Positions 36,780 to 46,516 are shown, numbered from the stretch's first letter. The stretch is DNA of 64,000 nucleotides from Candidatus Omnitrophota bacterium (GCA_030681595.1 JAUXSB010000008.1:89587-153586), one strand, 5' to 3'. The notes: generated by a model not told the origin, from the sequence alone. Made by a program: numbers and translations.

Positions 36780-37934
36780 ATGTTTCATATTTTTACTGTT
36801 ATAGGCGCTCGGCCACAATTTGTTAAAGCGGCGGTAGTTTCTCTGGCAATAAAGAGGCTGGGGCGTGGTATTATTAAAGAGTCTATTATACACACGGGAC
36901 AGCATTACGACTATAGTATGAGCGGTATTTTTTTTAAAGAATTGAATATTCCCCGGCCGATAGATAATCTTAATGTTGGTTCTTTTAGCCATGGTAAGCA
37001 GACCGGTATTATGCTGGAGAGGCTGGAAAGGGTTTTTATTAGGGATCATCCTGATATGGTTTTAGTTTACGGCGATACAAATTCTACTTTGGCGGCAACG
37101 CTCGCCGCCGCTAAATTGCACATACCTGTCGCCCATGTGGAAGCCGGCATGCGCAGTTTCAATAAATTAATGCCGGAAGAACTTAACCGTGTAGCGGTAG
37201 ACCACATGAGCGATATTTTATTCTGTTCTTCGGATGCCTCGGTAAAGAATTTACGCCGGGAAGGAATACCGGATAAAAATAACGGTAAGTGCTGCGTTGT
37301 GTTAAATGTAGGCGATGTTATGGTTGATGCTTTAAAATTTTTTTATAGTTATGCAGAGAAGAGGTCAAAAATATTAGCTAAATTGAATCTTAAGCCCCGG
37401 AATTATTACTTAGTTACTGTGCATAGGGCAGAAAATACGGATAGTTTGGAAAAATTAAAAGTTATTTTTAAATCTTTGAATATCATCGCCGAGAAAGGCA
37501 GTTGTGTCGTGATTCCCATGCACCCGCGCACTCTCAGCGCGTTGAAAAGATTGGGGATGAAGAATTTTTCAAAAAATATGCGTATAATCGGACCTGTTTC
37601 TTATTTTGATATGCTGCTTTTGGAAAAAAACGCGGCAGGAATTTTTACTGATTCAGGCGGCGTGCAAAAAGAAGCCTATATTTTTAGAGTGCCTGCTATT
37701 ACATTGAGGACAGAGACAGAGTGGGTGGAGACCGTAAAGAGCGGATGGAATACCTTGGTGCCAATAAACGAAAAGGCGATTATGTTGGCTTTTGATAAGA
37801 TGGCGCGCTTTAAGCGGGATTCTTTGAGGGTCACAAGCAATATTTACGGTGACGGGAAGGCATCTGGCCGCATAGCCGGTTTTTTTCAAAAATATTTTAT
37901 AACAACAGTAAAAATTAAACCAGGACTCGGCTAA
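36780..37934 (+). CDS. UDP-N-acetylglucosamine 2-epimerase (WecB/WbpI/NeuC family)
   Basis: FHIFTVIGARPQFVKAA N-terminus, HVEAGMRS and PMHPRT motifs. Confidence 0.8.
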   Translation: MFHIFTVIGARPQFVKAAVVSLAIKRLGRGIIKESIIHTGQHYDYSMSGIFFKELNIPRPIDNLNVGSFSHGKQTGIMLERLERVFIRDHPDMVLVYGDTNSTLAATLAAAKLHIPVAHVEAGMRSFNKLMPEELNRVAVDHMSDILFCSSDASVKNLRREGIPDKNNGKCCVVLNVGDVMVDALKFFYSYAEKRSKILAKLNLKPRNYYLVTVHRAENTDSLEKLKVIFKSLNIIAEKGSCVVIPMHPRTLSALKRLGMKNFSKNMRIIGPVSYFDMLLLEKNAAGIFTDSGGVQKEAYIFRVPAITLRTETEWVETVKSGWNTLVPINEKAIMLAFDKMARFKRDSLRVTSNIYGDGKASGRIAGFFQKYFITTVKIKPGLG

Positions 37935-38110
37935 TGAGGTTTGCCAAAGAATGTTAAGCCTAAAAGAAATCAGGGCAAAATACCAGTCTCCTTGGTATGA
38001 GAAGAAGAGAATTAACAATACGATTTATTTTTTTTGTACCGCCGTAGGCAGCTTAAGGCATGGTTTTGATCCCGCCCTTATCTTAATACTCGGTTTTTGC
38101 GCTTCTCCGG
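37792..38110. repeat. segmental duplication copy A (3' end of the 2-epimerase gene + intergenic + 5' part of the CDP-alcohol phosphatidyltransferase gene; carries an internal 281-bp deletion)
   Basis: 37792-38020 is about 97% identical to 39444-39673. 38021-38110 aligns to 39955-40046. Confidence 0.85.
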
Positions 38111-38211
38111 GGGTTATTTTTTACGGCCTACTTTCTTATTTATTTAAGATGGAAGAACTTAAGTTTGTATTATCATTAATTCGAAAAAAACCATCAGAAG
38201 TTGCAGTTTAA
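37951..38211 (+). pseudogene. truncated remnant of the CDP-alcohol phosphatidyltransferase gene
   Basis: MLSLKEIRAKYQSPWYEKKRINN is joined directly to IYFFCTAVGSLRHGFDPALILILGFCAS (residues about 1-23 and 120-150 of the intact copy at 39604). Confidence 0.7.
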
Positions 38212-38255
38212 AATAAACTGATCGGCTTTACGCATAAATTTTAACAGGACATGAG

Positions 38256-39368
38256 ATGCATTCACGAATAAAAATTTTGATATTTTCATTCCTTCCGCTT
38301 ATACTGTTGCTATTTTTCGGCGAGTTATTTTGCAGGGTGAGGTCCTATGTTCGAGACAAAGATGCCTCTTATTTGCTTACGCCGTTAATCAGGAAAGAGA
38401 AGTCCGTAGAGTATCAATTCCAGGCTAGCCATTTTTTTAAAGGCAGCCCTGATTGGTATTATAAGTTAAAACCCGCTTCTTACTCTCCTCATAAAATTTC
38501 TGGTTATTGCGGCCGCTATACAATAAATTCGCTTGGATTCCGCGGCAAGGAATTCGATCCGTTCAATAAGGATGGGAAGCTGAGGATATTTTGTGTCGGC
38601 GAATCCAGTACCTTTTGTGCCGAGTCGTCCGATGCGGACACCTGGCCGGCGCGGCTAGAATACTACTTGGACAAAAATAAAGAAGATAGTTATGAGGTAA
38701 TAAACAGCGGTTTCCCCGGATATTACAGCTGGAATTATATCAATCTTATCCGCCTTGAGTTAATAAAATATAAACCTGATATGTTGATTATTTACGCAGG
38801 GATAAATGATTTATACGGCAGCATTGAGAAGAAGAAAAAAATAATTAACAGGATGGCAGATTATATCCATGCTTTATTATATTATCGCGGGTCTATGTTT
38901 TATGCCTTGTTTTCAGAAAAGGTGAAAGTTGCGACAAATTCTCACAGACCAATAAATATTGATACGATTGATAGTATCGGAACTTATATTAATAATATTG
39001 AAGGTATAATTAAAATCTGTAAAGATAACGGTATAAGGGTTATATTGGTGAGGCAGTTGCTTTATGCGCCTAATGAAATATTCGCGCGCGATAATTTAAC
39101 ACTGGAAGGGGTTAGGAAGGCTTTAGAGGCAATGCCGTCAGATAGCCATGGCGTGAACTATTCTACTTATCTGGAATTCTATCGCCATTATGAATTAATG
39201 GAATCTTTGGCAAAGTTATCCAGTAAATACACCATAACCACATTAGATTTTAGAGGAGAATTTTTAAAGGTTTTGGCTAATGATAAGGGAAAGCTTTTCT
39301 TTGATATGGTACACCTGACTCTTTATGGGAATGACCTTTTAGCCAAATTAATATCAGGCTTCATTTAG
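38256..39368 (+). CDS. SGNH/GDSL-family hydrolase with N-terminal membrane anchor
   Basis: Block I FCVGESST, block III GINDL, block V DMVHLT. Inserted between the two duplication copies. Confidence 0.6.
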   Translation: MHSRIKILIFSFLPLILLLFFGELFCRVRSYVRDKDASYLLTPLIRKEKSVEYQFQASHFFKGSPDWYYKLKPASYSPHKISGYCGRYTINSLGFRGKEFDPFNKDGKLRIFCVGESSTFCAESSDADTWPARLEYYLDKNKEDSYEVINSGFPGYYSWNYINLIRLELIKYKPDMLIIYAGINDLYGSIEKKKKIINRMADYIHALLYYRGSMFYALFSEKVKVATNSHRPINIDTIDSIGTYINNIEGIIKICKDNGIRVILVRQLLYAPNEIFARDNLTLEGVRKALEAMPSDSHGVNYSTYLEFYRHYELMESLAKLSSKYTITTLDFRGEFLKVLANDKGKLFFDMVHLTLYGNDLLAKLISGFI

Positions 39369-39443
39369 AAAAGCAGTATTTCAAAAACGATAAACAATAA
39401 ATGAGCATAAAACAGAAAATATTTATTTTTTTAATCCTTGGTT

Positions 39444-40046
39444 TTTGATAAAATGGCGCGCTTTAAGCGGGATTCTTTGAGGGTCACAAGCAATATTTAC
39501 GGTGACGGGAAGGCATCTGGCCGCATAGCCGGTTTTTTTAAAAAATATTTTATAACAACAGTAAAAATTAAACCAGGACTCTGCTAATGGGGTTTGCCAA
39601 AGAATGTTAAGCCTAAAAGAAATCAGGGAAAAATACCAGTCTCCTTGGTATGAGAAGAAGAGAATTAACAATATTTTCTCGCGGTATTTCTATACTGCCA
39701 TAGCAACTGTATTGGTCAAGTTTATTTTGCCTACAAAGATTACAGCTAATCAGATTACTGTAAGTTGGGTTATCCTGGGTTTTTTAGGGTGTTTGCTATT
39801 TACCGCGGGAAATTATTGGGTTAGTATCTTGGCCGTTTTGGTTATACAGTTGCATGTTGTTTTAGATTATGTGGATGGCCCGATTGCAAGGGCGCGCAAT
39901 AAAAAAAGCTTCAAAGGCATCTATATTGAACGCGTAGGGCATGATCTCATCTATACGATTTATTTCTTTTGTATCGCCGTAGGCAGCTTAAAGCATGGTT
40001 TTGATCCCACCCTTATTTTAATACTCGGTTTTTGCGCTTCGGTGGG
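39444..40046. repeat. segmental duplication copy B (intact)
   Basis: Carries a 44-codon remnant of the epimerase 3' end (39444-39580) upstream of the intact phosphatidyltransferase gene. Confidence 0.85.
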
Positions 40047-40395
40047 AGGTTTTTTTTATAAGCATGCCAGGCGGGCAAAGATTTATTGCTCGCTTACCTC
40101 AAAAAAAAATACGCCTGAGAATAACGTTGCCTTAGGAGGGCAGGCCGGAAATATGAAGGTTTCCGGTAAGAAGAAGCCAAGTTTTGCGCGTAGAGTCTAT
40201 CGAAGTTCGTTGATTATATGGGAACCTGTTTTTTTTACCGCGGTTTCATTGGTGCTGGCAATATTTGACCGCTTATATTTCTTACCCATATTTTATGGAT
40301 TGACGTATCCTTTGCATTTTGTGCTTTCGTATGTTTACCAGGCGCGTATGGCGGATAAAGAGGTTGATAAATTAACGGATATGACGGGTGATTAA
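39604..40395 (+). CDS. CDP-alcohol phosphatidyltransferase-family membrane protein
   Basis: DYVDGPIARARNKKSFKGIYIERVGHD (D-x2-DG-x2-AR...G...D-like motif) and about 6 TM segments. Confidence 0.62.
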   Translation: MLSLKEIREKYQSPWYEKKRINNIFSRYFYTAIATVLVKFILPTKITANQITVSWVILGFLGCLLFTAGNYWVSILAVLVIQLHVVLDYVDGPIARARNKKSFKGIYIERVGHDLIYTIYFFCIAVGSLKHGFDPTLILILGFCASVGGFFYKHARRAKIYCSLTSKKNTPENNVALGGQAGNMKVSGKKKPSFARRVYRSSLIIWEPVFFTAVSLVLAIFDRLYFLPIFYGLTYPLHFVLSYVYQARMADKEVDKLTDMTGD

Positions 40396-40401
40396 ATTAT
40401 T

Positions 40402-41151
40402 ATGAGAGCGATAATTATTGCCGCTGGAAGGGCAAAGCGCATGGGGCATTTATCGGATAGCCTACCGAAGTGCCTGCTTCAGGTTAACGGTAAAACCGTA
40501 TTAGCGCATCAAATCGATGCCTTAAGGGCGTCTAAGATCAATGATATTGTAGTAATTAAGGGTTACAAAAAAGACCTTATTGATTATCCCGAAATACGTT
40601 ATCGTATCAACGATAATTATATGAACAATAATATTTTGAATTCTTTATTTTGTGCCGAAGAGGATATTAGTGGAGATGTCTTAATTACATACGGCGATGT
40701 GTTGTTTAGGCCAACTATAGTCAGTAAATTATTCAATACAGAGGGCGATTTTGTGATAGCTGTTGAGGATGGCTGGCGCAGCCGCTATCATGAAAGGGAT
40801 GCCCACCCTCTAAGTGAGGCGGAAAATGTTGTTATGGACAGCCAGAGGCGCTTAATTGAAATCGGCAAAATTATGAATGGTAAAGATAGCGCTAATGCCG
40901 AGTTTATAGGTATGCTGAAGTTGAGTGCTTCCGGCGCTCAGATACTAAAAAAGGTATTCCGTGAGGTTAAACTAAAACTTTCCGGCAAACCGTTTCAGCG
41001 CGCTGTTACGTTTGAGCAGGCTTATTTGACTGATATGCTTCAGGAGCTGGCTGACAGGAATTATGTATTGCCCTGCGTTGACGCCGCGGGAGATTGGGCA
41101 GAAATTGATACTCCCCAGGATTATCAGTTTGCCCAGAAAATGTTCGCATAG
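40402..41151 (+). CDS. sugar-phosphate/phosphonate nucleotidyltransferase (LicC/PntC-like NTP_transferase)
   Basis: MRAIIIAAGRAKRMG N-terminal Rossmann-like signature. Confidence 0.6.
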   Translation: MRAIIIAAGRAKRMGHLSDSLPKCLLQVNGKTVLAHQIDALRASKINDIVVIKGYKKDLIDYPEIRYRINDNYMNNNILNSLFCAEEDISGDVLITYGDVLFRPTIVSKLFNTEGDFVIAVEDGWRSRYHERDAHPLSEAENVVMDSQRRLIEIGKIMNGKDSANAEFIGMLKLSASGAQILKKVFREVKLKLSGKPFQRAVTFEQAYLTDMLQELADRNYVLPCVDAAGDWAEIDTPQDYQFAQKMFA

Positions 41152-42027
41152 ATGAATAACTATACGGCATTTGCGCTTATACTTGTTTCGGCATTAATTC
41201 ATCCTTTTTGGAATATATTGCTCAAGGCAAGTAGAGATAAAGTAATTTTTTATTTTAATATACATTTATTTTTCACGGTATTTTTTAGTTTTATCCTTTT
41301 TATATACCCGGTAACGTCTTTGGACGGCGCTGCCTGGTTTCTGGTTTTATTATCCAGCGTCGCGCATTTTTTTTATCAGTTGTTTCTTTGTAAGGCATAC
41401 AAATTAGGGGATTTATCGGTAACTTATCCTATTGTCAGGTCAGCGCCTCTATTTGTGGCAGCTATGGGGTTCTTTTTTCTTGGCGAGAAGCCATCATTGA
41501 TTGCCGTATTCGGGATTGCGCTTACAGTAATCGGAGCCCAGATGATTAACCAAAAGGAGCTGTCGTTAAGGCATTTTATTAATTCATGGAGGCATTCCGA
41601 AAAGCGGATTATTTTAGCGGCTGTTCTTACAGCTATGTTTTCCGCGGTATATTCCGTTATAGATAAGAAAGGCGTATTGAAGGTAGAGCCGGTTTTGTTC
41701 TTTTATCTTTTTTTTGCTTTTTCAGGGGCGATGTTTGGTATATACCTATTTTTTTCTAAAAAAAGACGGCATATTTATAGAGATTATACCAATAGGGATA
41801 AATACAAGATTGCCTTAGCGGCAATATTAGAATTTTCTTCCTATCTTTTAATACTATATGCCTTCAGGGTTCTTAATGTGGCGCATGTTGTAGCGATACG
41901 CCAAATAAGCGTGGTATTCGGTGCTATCTTAGGAATATTCATCTTAAAGGAGAGATGTGGAAGGATAAGGATATTGGCGTCTTTCGTTATATGCCTGGGA
42001 ATTTATTTTTTGGTCGCGTATAAATAA
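41152..42027 (+). CDS. EamA/DMT-superfamily transporter
   Basis: 10 predicted TM segments arranged as two 5-TM repeats. Confidence 0.6.
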   Translation: MNNYTAFALILVSALIHPFWNILLKASRDKVIFYFNIHLFFTVFFSFILFIYPVTSLDGAAWFLVLLSSVAHFFYQLFLCKAYKLGDLSVTYPIVRSAPLFVAAMGFFFLGEKPSLIAVFGIALTVIGAQMINQKELSLRHFINSWRHSEKRIILAAVLTAMFSAVYSVIDKKGVLKVEPVLFFYLFFAFSGAMFGIYLFFSKKRRHIYRDYTNRDKYKIALAAILEFSSYLLILYAFRVLNVAHVVAIRQISVVFGAILGIFILKERCGRIRILASFVICLGIYFLVAYK

Positions 42028-42059
42028 AATAATTTTTTAGAAAATAAGGAGATCACGCA

Positions 42060-43280
42060 ATGGAACACAATGGTAATAAAAGAGAGAACAAGGAAAAAAT
42101 TGCCTTGTTTCCCGGTATGGCGGGTTTGACCAGAGATATTATTGAGCGTATGAAATCCGAAGGGGTCAAGCTTCTTTCTTTGGATATTATGGTTACCCAG
42201 AAATGTAATTTTTGTTGCAGCTATTGTTACGCCGAGGGGTCTCCTGCGAAAACTAATGAGCTTAGTATGAAAGAGGCAATGGCAATCGTTGATGAAGCCA
42301 TCGGGTTAGGCGTGAGGATTATTAATATGCAGGGCGGAGAGCCGCTTATGTGGCATCCCGCGGATTGGAAGGGTAAAAGCGGAGAAGCGCTATTTCATCT
42401 TATGGAATATATCCGCGGCTCTTTTGCTAAGAAAGGCCTGCCGCTTGACCTGGTAAGCTTTACAGACGTGGCTTTAATTACTGAGGAAAAGGCGCGTAGG
42501 CTTGCCGGTTTAGGTGTCGCGCTCTGTTGTAAGCTTGATTCGCTTGATCAGGATATTCAGGATAAGTTACTGGGGACGCCTGGTGGCGCAAAAAAGATGA
42601 TGCAGGGTTTTAACAATTTAATCATGGCTGGCTACGGATCGAAAGATATGCCGACGATTTCTACGAATACCGTAGTCACAACTTTAAACTACGGCGTAAT
42701 TAAAGATGTCTTTAGATGGTCCAGAAGTCATGGGTTTCGCCCTTTTGTGATTCCGGTGCATGTTCACGGAAGGGCTAAAGAGAATAGCGATATTATGCTT
42801 TCGGGTAAAGAAACAAAAAGCACGCTTAGCCCCAAAGATATAAAAACATTATTTGAAGAATTGGCAAAGATAGACAGGGAGGAATTCGGGATAAATTGGG
42901 AACCGCTCAGTCCCTGGATAGAAAATAAGGCCTGTTCTCGCCATTTAGGAGGCGTGCATATTAGGGCAGATGGTGTTGTTGTTCCTTGCTCCGAGGCGCC
43001 TGACCGCTGGGCGTTGGGGGATATCCGTAAGCAGTCTCTAAGTGAGATAGTTCTTTCAGAAAAAGTTGAGAAATTCAGGCAGGTCTATAGCCAGCTGCAT
43101 GAGCATTCCAAATGTTCTCCTAATAATTGCCCTTTAAGTGCTGCGAAGAAATGCTATGGTTGCAGGACCAGGGCTTATGACGAGTCCGCATTTGACGAGA
43201 ACGGTAATTTTGATGCCGCCAGATTAAATCCTGACAGTTTTTTTGCCGGTGATCCGGCTTGTTGGCGCGGCACGGAGTAA
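42060..43280 (+). CDS. radical SAM enzyme with C-terminal SPASM/twitch-like Cys-rich domain
   Basis: CNFCCSYC (Cx3Cx2C). C-terminal CSEAP...CSPNNCPLSAAKKCYGCRT. Confidence 0.62.
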   Translation: MEHNGNKRENKEKIALFPGMAGLTRDIIERMKSEGVKLLSLDIMVTQKCNFCCSYCYAEGSPAKTNELSMKEAMAIVDEAIGLGVRIINMQGGEPLMWHPADWKGKSGEALFHLMEYIRGSFAKKGLPLDLVSFTDVALITEEKARRLAGLGVALCCKLDSLDQDIQDKLLGTPGGAKKMMQGFNNLIMAGYGSKDMPTISTNTVVTTLNYGVIKDVFRWSRSHGFRPFVIPVHVHGRAKENSDIMLSGKETKSTLSPKDIKTLFEELAKIDREEFGINWEPLSPWIENKACSRHLGGVHIRADGVVVPCSEAPDRWALGDIRKQSLSEIVLSEKVEKFRQVYSQLHEHSKCSPNNCPLSAAKKCYGCRTRAYDESAFDENGNFDAARLNPDSFFAGDPACWRGTE

Positions 43281-43297
43281 TTTAAAATACCTAATAT

Positions 43298-44659
43298 ATG
43301 GCAAAAGTTACTGTATATATAACAGCGCATAATTACGGCAAGTACGTTAAAAAGGCTATAGATAGCGTTTTGAGCCAGAAATTTAATGACTGGGAATTGA
43401 TTGTTATTAATGATGGCTCAACCGATAACACTAAAGAGATCCTCAAAAAATATAGTTCACATGGCAAGATAAAAGTTATACATCAAGAAAAAAAAGGTTT
43501 AGCCGTAAGTAATAATATCGCGCTGAGGCTTTCGCGCGGCGAATATATCATGCGTCTTGACGCGGATGACTACCTTGATGAAAATGCGCTGTTAGTCCTG
43601 TCTAATATTTTAGATAGCCATCGCGATGTGGGCTTGGTCTATCCTGACTATTATAGGGTAGATGAAAAGGGTGAGATTATTGATATAGAAAGAAGGAAAA
43701 AGGTCGGCAAAGATGCAAAATTGCTGGATCTGCCAGCGCATGGGGCATGCACGATGATACGTAAATCATGCCTTTTGGATTTAGGCGGCTACGATGAATC
43801 GCTTTCGTGCCAGGATGGATATGACCTATGGATAAGGTTTATAAACAGATTTAAGCCGTATAACGTGAATATTCCATTATTTTATTACCGGCAGCATCCC
43901 TTAAGCCTTACGCGCGACCGGGAGAAAATACTTCTCACCAGGCATGGCATAAAGAGGAATTTCGTAAGGAAGAATTTTCTAAAAATCCCCAAAGTTTTGG
44001 CAATAATACCAATAAGAAAAGAATCGGATGCAAGCACGGCTTCCGCTTTAAAGGAATTTACAGGCAGGCCATTAATTGATTTTACCATTTTGGAAGCGAA
44101 AAAAACAAAGCTGCTTGATAAAATAGTAGTTAGTTCTGACGATGACCGGATACTTAAATACGCGGCTAAATTTAGCGGTATATCATGTGTTAGGCGCCCT
44201 GAGGAATTATCTTTACCGAATTCGCGTATAGAGCCGACGGTTGATTATGTGCTTAAAGCGTTAAGAAGAGAAGCGGGTTATAAACCGGACGCGGTTATGT
44301 TGTTATATATCCATACGCCGTTAAGAAAATATATTCATATTGAGAAAGCCATTGATACAATGCTTATTTTTGGCGTAGACAGCGTGGTATCGGTTTGCGA
44401 AGATTATAGTTTTTATTATCGCCACAACAAAAATGGGCTTACGCCGTTTTCGCGCAAGCGGCTTTTGCGCCTTGAACGGGAAGCGCTCTATAAAGAAAAT
44501 TGCGCTTTATATCTTTCGCGTGTATCTTCGATTACGAAAGATAATTTTTTGGGAAAGCGGATTGGGCATATTACGATGCTGCCGCAGGAAAGTATAAAGT
44601 TAGACAATGAATTTGATTTTTGGCTGGCGGAAAAGATCGCTAAAGAATGGAAAAACTAA
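43298..44659 (+). CDS. bifunctional GT2 glycosyltransferase / CMP-sugar synthetase-like (CTP_transf_3) protein
   Basis: N-terminal GT2 (VINDGSTDNT, RLDADD). C-terminal NeuA/KdsB-like domain (LAIIPIRKESDAST...VVSSDDDRI). Confidence 0.62.
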   Translation: MAKVTVYITAHNYGKYVKKAIDSVLSQKFNDWELIVINDGSTDNTKEILKKYSSHGKIKVIHQEKKGLAVSNNIALRLSRGEYIMRLDADDYLDENALLVLSNILDSHRDVGLVYPDYYRVDEKGEIIDIERRKKVGKDAKLLDLPAHGACTMIRKSCLLDLGGYDESLSCQDGYDLWIRFINRFKPYNVNIPLFYYRQHPLSLTRDREKILLTRHGIKRNFVRKNFLKIPKVLAIIPIRKESDASTASALKEFTGRPLIDFTILEAKKTKLLDKIVVSSDDDRILKYAAKFSGISCVRRPEELSLPNSRIEPTVDYVLKALRREAGYKPDAVMLLYIHTPLRKYIHIEKAIDTMLIFGVDSVVSVCEDYSFYYRHNKNGLTPFSRKRLLRLEREALYKENCALYLSRVSSITKDNFLGKRIGHITMLPQESIKLDNEFDFWLAEKIAKEWKN

Positions 44660-45813
44660 AATTAATTTCGAAACGCATCAAAAATCCTATCGGATGCCTG
44701 CCGCTTCGTAAATACGCAAGTAGTGCAAAAAGCGTATTAATAATTACGGATGATAATACCAGGTTTACTCCGTTAAAAAGCATATTGCCGATAGTATTAA
44801 ATGAATTAAGGGACGCGGGGATAACCAATAAACAGCTAAAGATATTAATTGCATCCGGCACGCATCGGCCGATGACAAAAAAAGAGATTAGAGATAAATT
44901 CGGCTCTGCGCTCGCAGCCAATTACAAAATCTATAATCATTCTTGGAATAAAGAATCTTCCTTATCAAGGATCAGCGAAAAAATCAGAGGCAGGCGTATT
45001 TGCATTAACCGCCTGGCAAAGGAGGCGGATTTTATAGTAGGCATAGGAAGCATTGTGCCGCATGCTACGACAGGGTTTTCAGGCGGCGGTAAAATAATCT
45101 TGCCCGGTATTTGCGGCAAGGAAACAGTTGAAGACATGCATTGGGAGGCTTTAAATTTCCAGATGAAAGAAATCTTAGGGGTTTATGATAACCCTATGCG
45201 CAGGAGGGTGGATTCCGTAGCAGAAAAATCAGGGCTTAAGTTTATAGTTAACGCGATTATGGATTGTAAGGGCAGGCTTGTAGATGTGGTAGCCGGCGAT
45301 CCGGTTAAGGCGCATAAAAAGGGAGTAGAGCTCGCAAAAGCTATATTTGGCCTGCCTATGGATAGCCTAGCCGATATCGTAATAGCGGATGCAAAGCCTA
45401 TGGATATAGATTTACGTCAGGCAATTAAAGCGGTTGCTTCAAGCGAACTTGCTGTTAAAGACGGCGGAGTTATTATACTTTTGGCGAGATGCCCTGAAGG
45501 GGCGGCACCGCAGTTTCCGGAATTTGAAAAATACGGATTTAGCGACCCTGATAAATTAAAAGTTATGGCAGAAAAAGGAAAAATAAATAGATTAGCCGCT
45601 TATACATTGATTGCCATAGGGAGAATCATAAAGTATAAAGCGAAGGTTATTTTAGTCTCAAAAGGGATACCTCGCGGGGCTGCCGAAAAGTTAGGATTTC
45701 TCTGGGCGAGATCTTTGGAAGCCGCCTTGAGAAAAGCAAAAGATTTAAGCGGACAGAATGCGAGAGTTGTTTTTTTGAAGAGGGCCTGCGAAGTATTACC
45801 GTTGATGAATTAG
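44647..45813 (+). CDS. LarA-like (DUF2088, lactate-racemase N-terminal-domain family) protein
   Basis: Whole-protein pattern resembles nickel-pincer-nucleotide-dependent LarA homologs, with a GFSGGGKIILPG region. Assigned by pattern memory only. Confidence 0.45.
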   Translation: MEKLKLISKRIKNPIGCLPLRKYASSAKSVLIITDDNTRFTPLKSILPIVLNELRDAGITNKQLKILIASGTHRPMTKKEIRDKFGSALAANYKIYNHSWNKESSLSRISEKIRGRRICINRLAKEADFIVGIGSIVPHATTGFSGGGKIILPGICGKETVEDMHWEALNFQMKEILGVYDNPMRRRVDSVAEKSGLKFIVNAIMDCKGRLVDVVAGDPVKAHKKGVELAKAIFGLPMDSLADIVIADAKPMDIDLRQAIKAVASSELAVKDGGVIILLARCPEGAAPQFPEFEKYGFSDPDKLKVMAEKGKINRLAAYTLIAIGRIIKYKAKVILVSKGIPRGAAEKLGFLWARSLEAALRKAKDLSGQNARVVFLKRACEVLPLMN

Positions 45814-45841
45814 AATGTAATTTAATAATTTGGAGGCATAA

Positions 45842-46516
45842 TTGTCTGAAAGAGTCGGTAGGTTAATAAAAAAAACCATCGGCAAGCTACCTTTTTTTAT
45901 CAGGAAAATATATACAAAAAGGAAGAAGCGCGAAGAGTTGTTTGACTATTGGACTTCTCCTAATGATGGTAACAATAATCCTACAGAATATTTAAAATGT
46001 AGGGAGCGTAGCGCCTTTTTGCTGAATTTGATTACAAAATATCTTGACAAAAAAGACAGAGTTCTAGAAATCGGATGCAATGTGGGACGTAATCTCAATG
46101 AGTTATTTTGCGCAGGTTTTAACAATCTATCCGGTGTTGAAATAAACAAGAACGCAATAGAAATAATGAAAACGGTATATCCAAATATGGCGCAGGTAAT
46201 TAAGATTTATCAGGGACCTGTTGAGAATTTTATTGGAAGTTTCGAAGATGATTCTTTTGACTCTGTATATACGATGGCCGTCTTGGAGCACATACATACG
46301 GATAGCGAATTCATATTTTCGCATATGGCACGAATAGCCAGGAAAATTTTAGTTACGATTGAAGATGAAAGAGGAGTATCCTGGCGGCATTTTCCGCGGA
46401 ACTATAAGAAGGTCTTTGAGGATTTAGGAATGAGGCAGATAGAGGAGATTAGTTTGAAGCAAACCAAAGTCGAAGGACTGGATAAAAAATTTTTTGCCAG
46501 AGTTTTTAAAAAATGA
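45842..46516 (+). CDS. class I SAM-dependent methyltransferase
   Basis: VLEIGCNVGRNL (motif I). TTG start behind RBS tggagg. Confidence 0.55.
   Translation: MSERVGRLIKKTIGKLPFFIRKIYTKRKKREELFDYWTSPNDGNNNPTEYLKCRERSAFLLNLITKYLDKKDRVLEIGCNVGRNLNELFCAGFNNLSGVEINKNAIEIMKTVYPNMAQVIKIYQGPVENFIGSFEDDSFDSVYTMAVLEHIHTDSEFIFSHMARIARKILVTIEDERGVSWRHFPRNYKKVFEDLGMRQIEEISLKQTKVEGLDKKFFARVFKK

Noticed and set aside
37653-38018. Two near-identical minus-strand ORFs (37653-38018 and 39423-39671) translating MLILFFSYQGDWYF...
   Set aside because: They are antisense read-throughs of the duplicated segment (3' end of the 2-epimerase gene). Their similarity reflects the DNA duplication, not a protein family.
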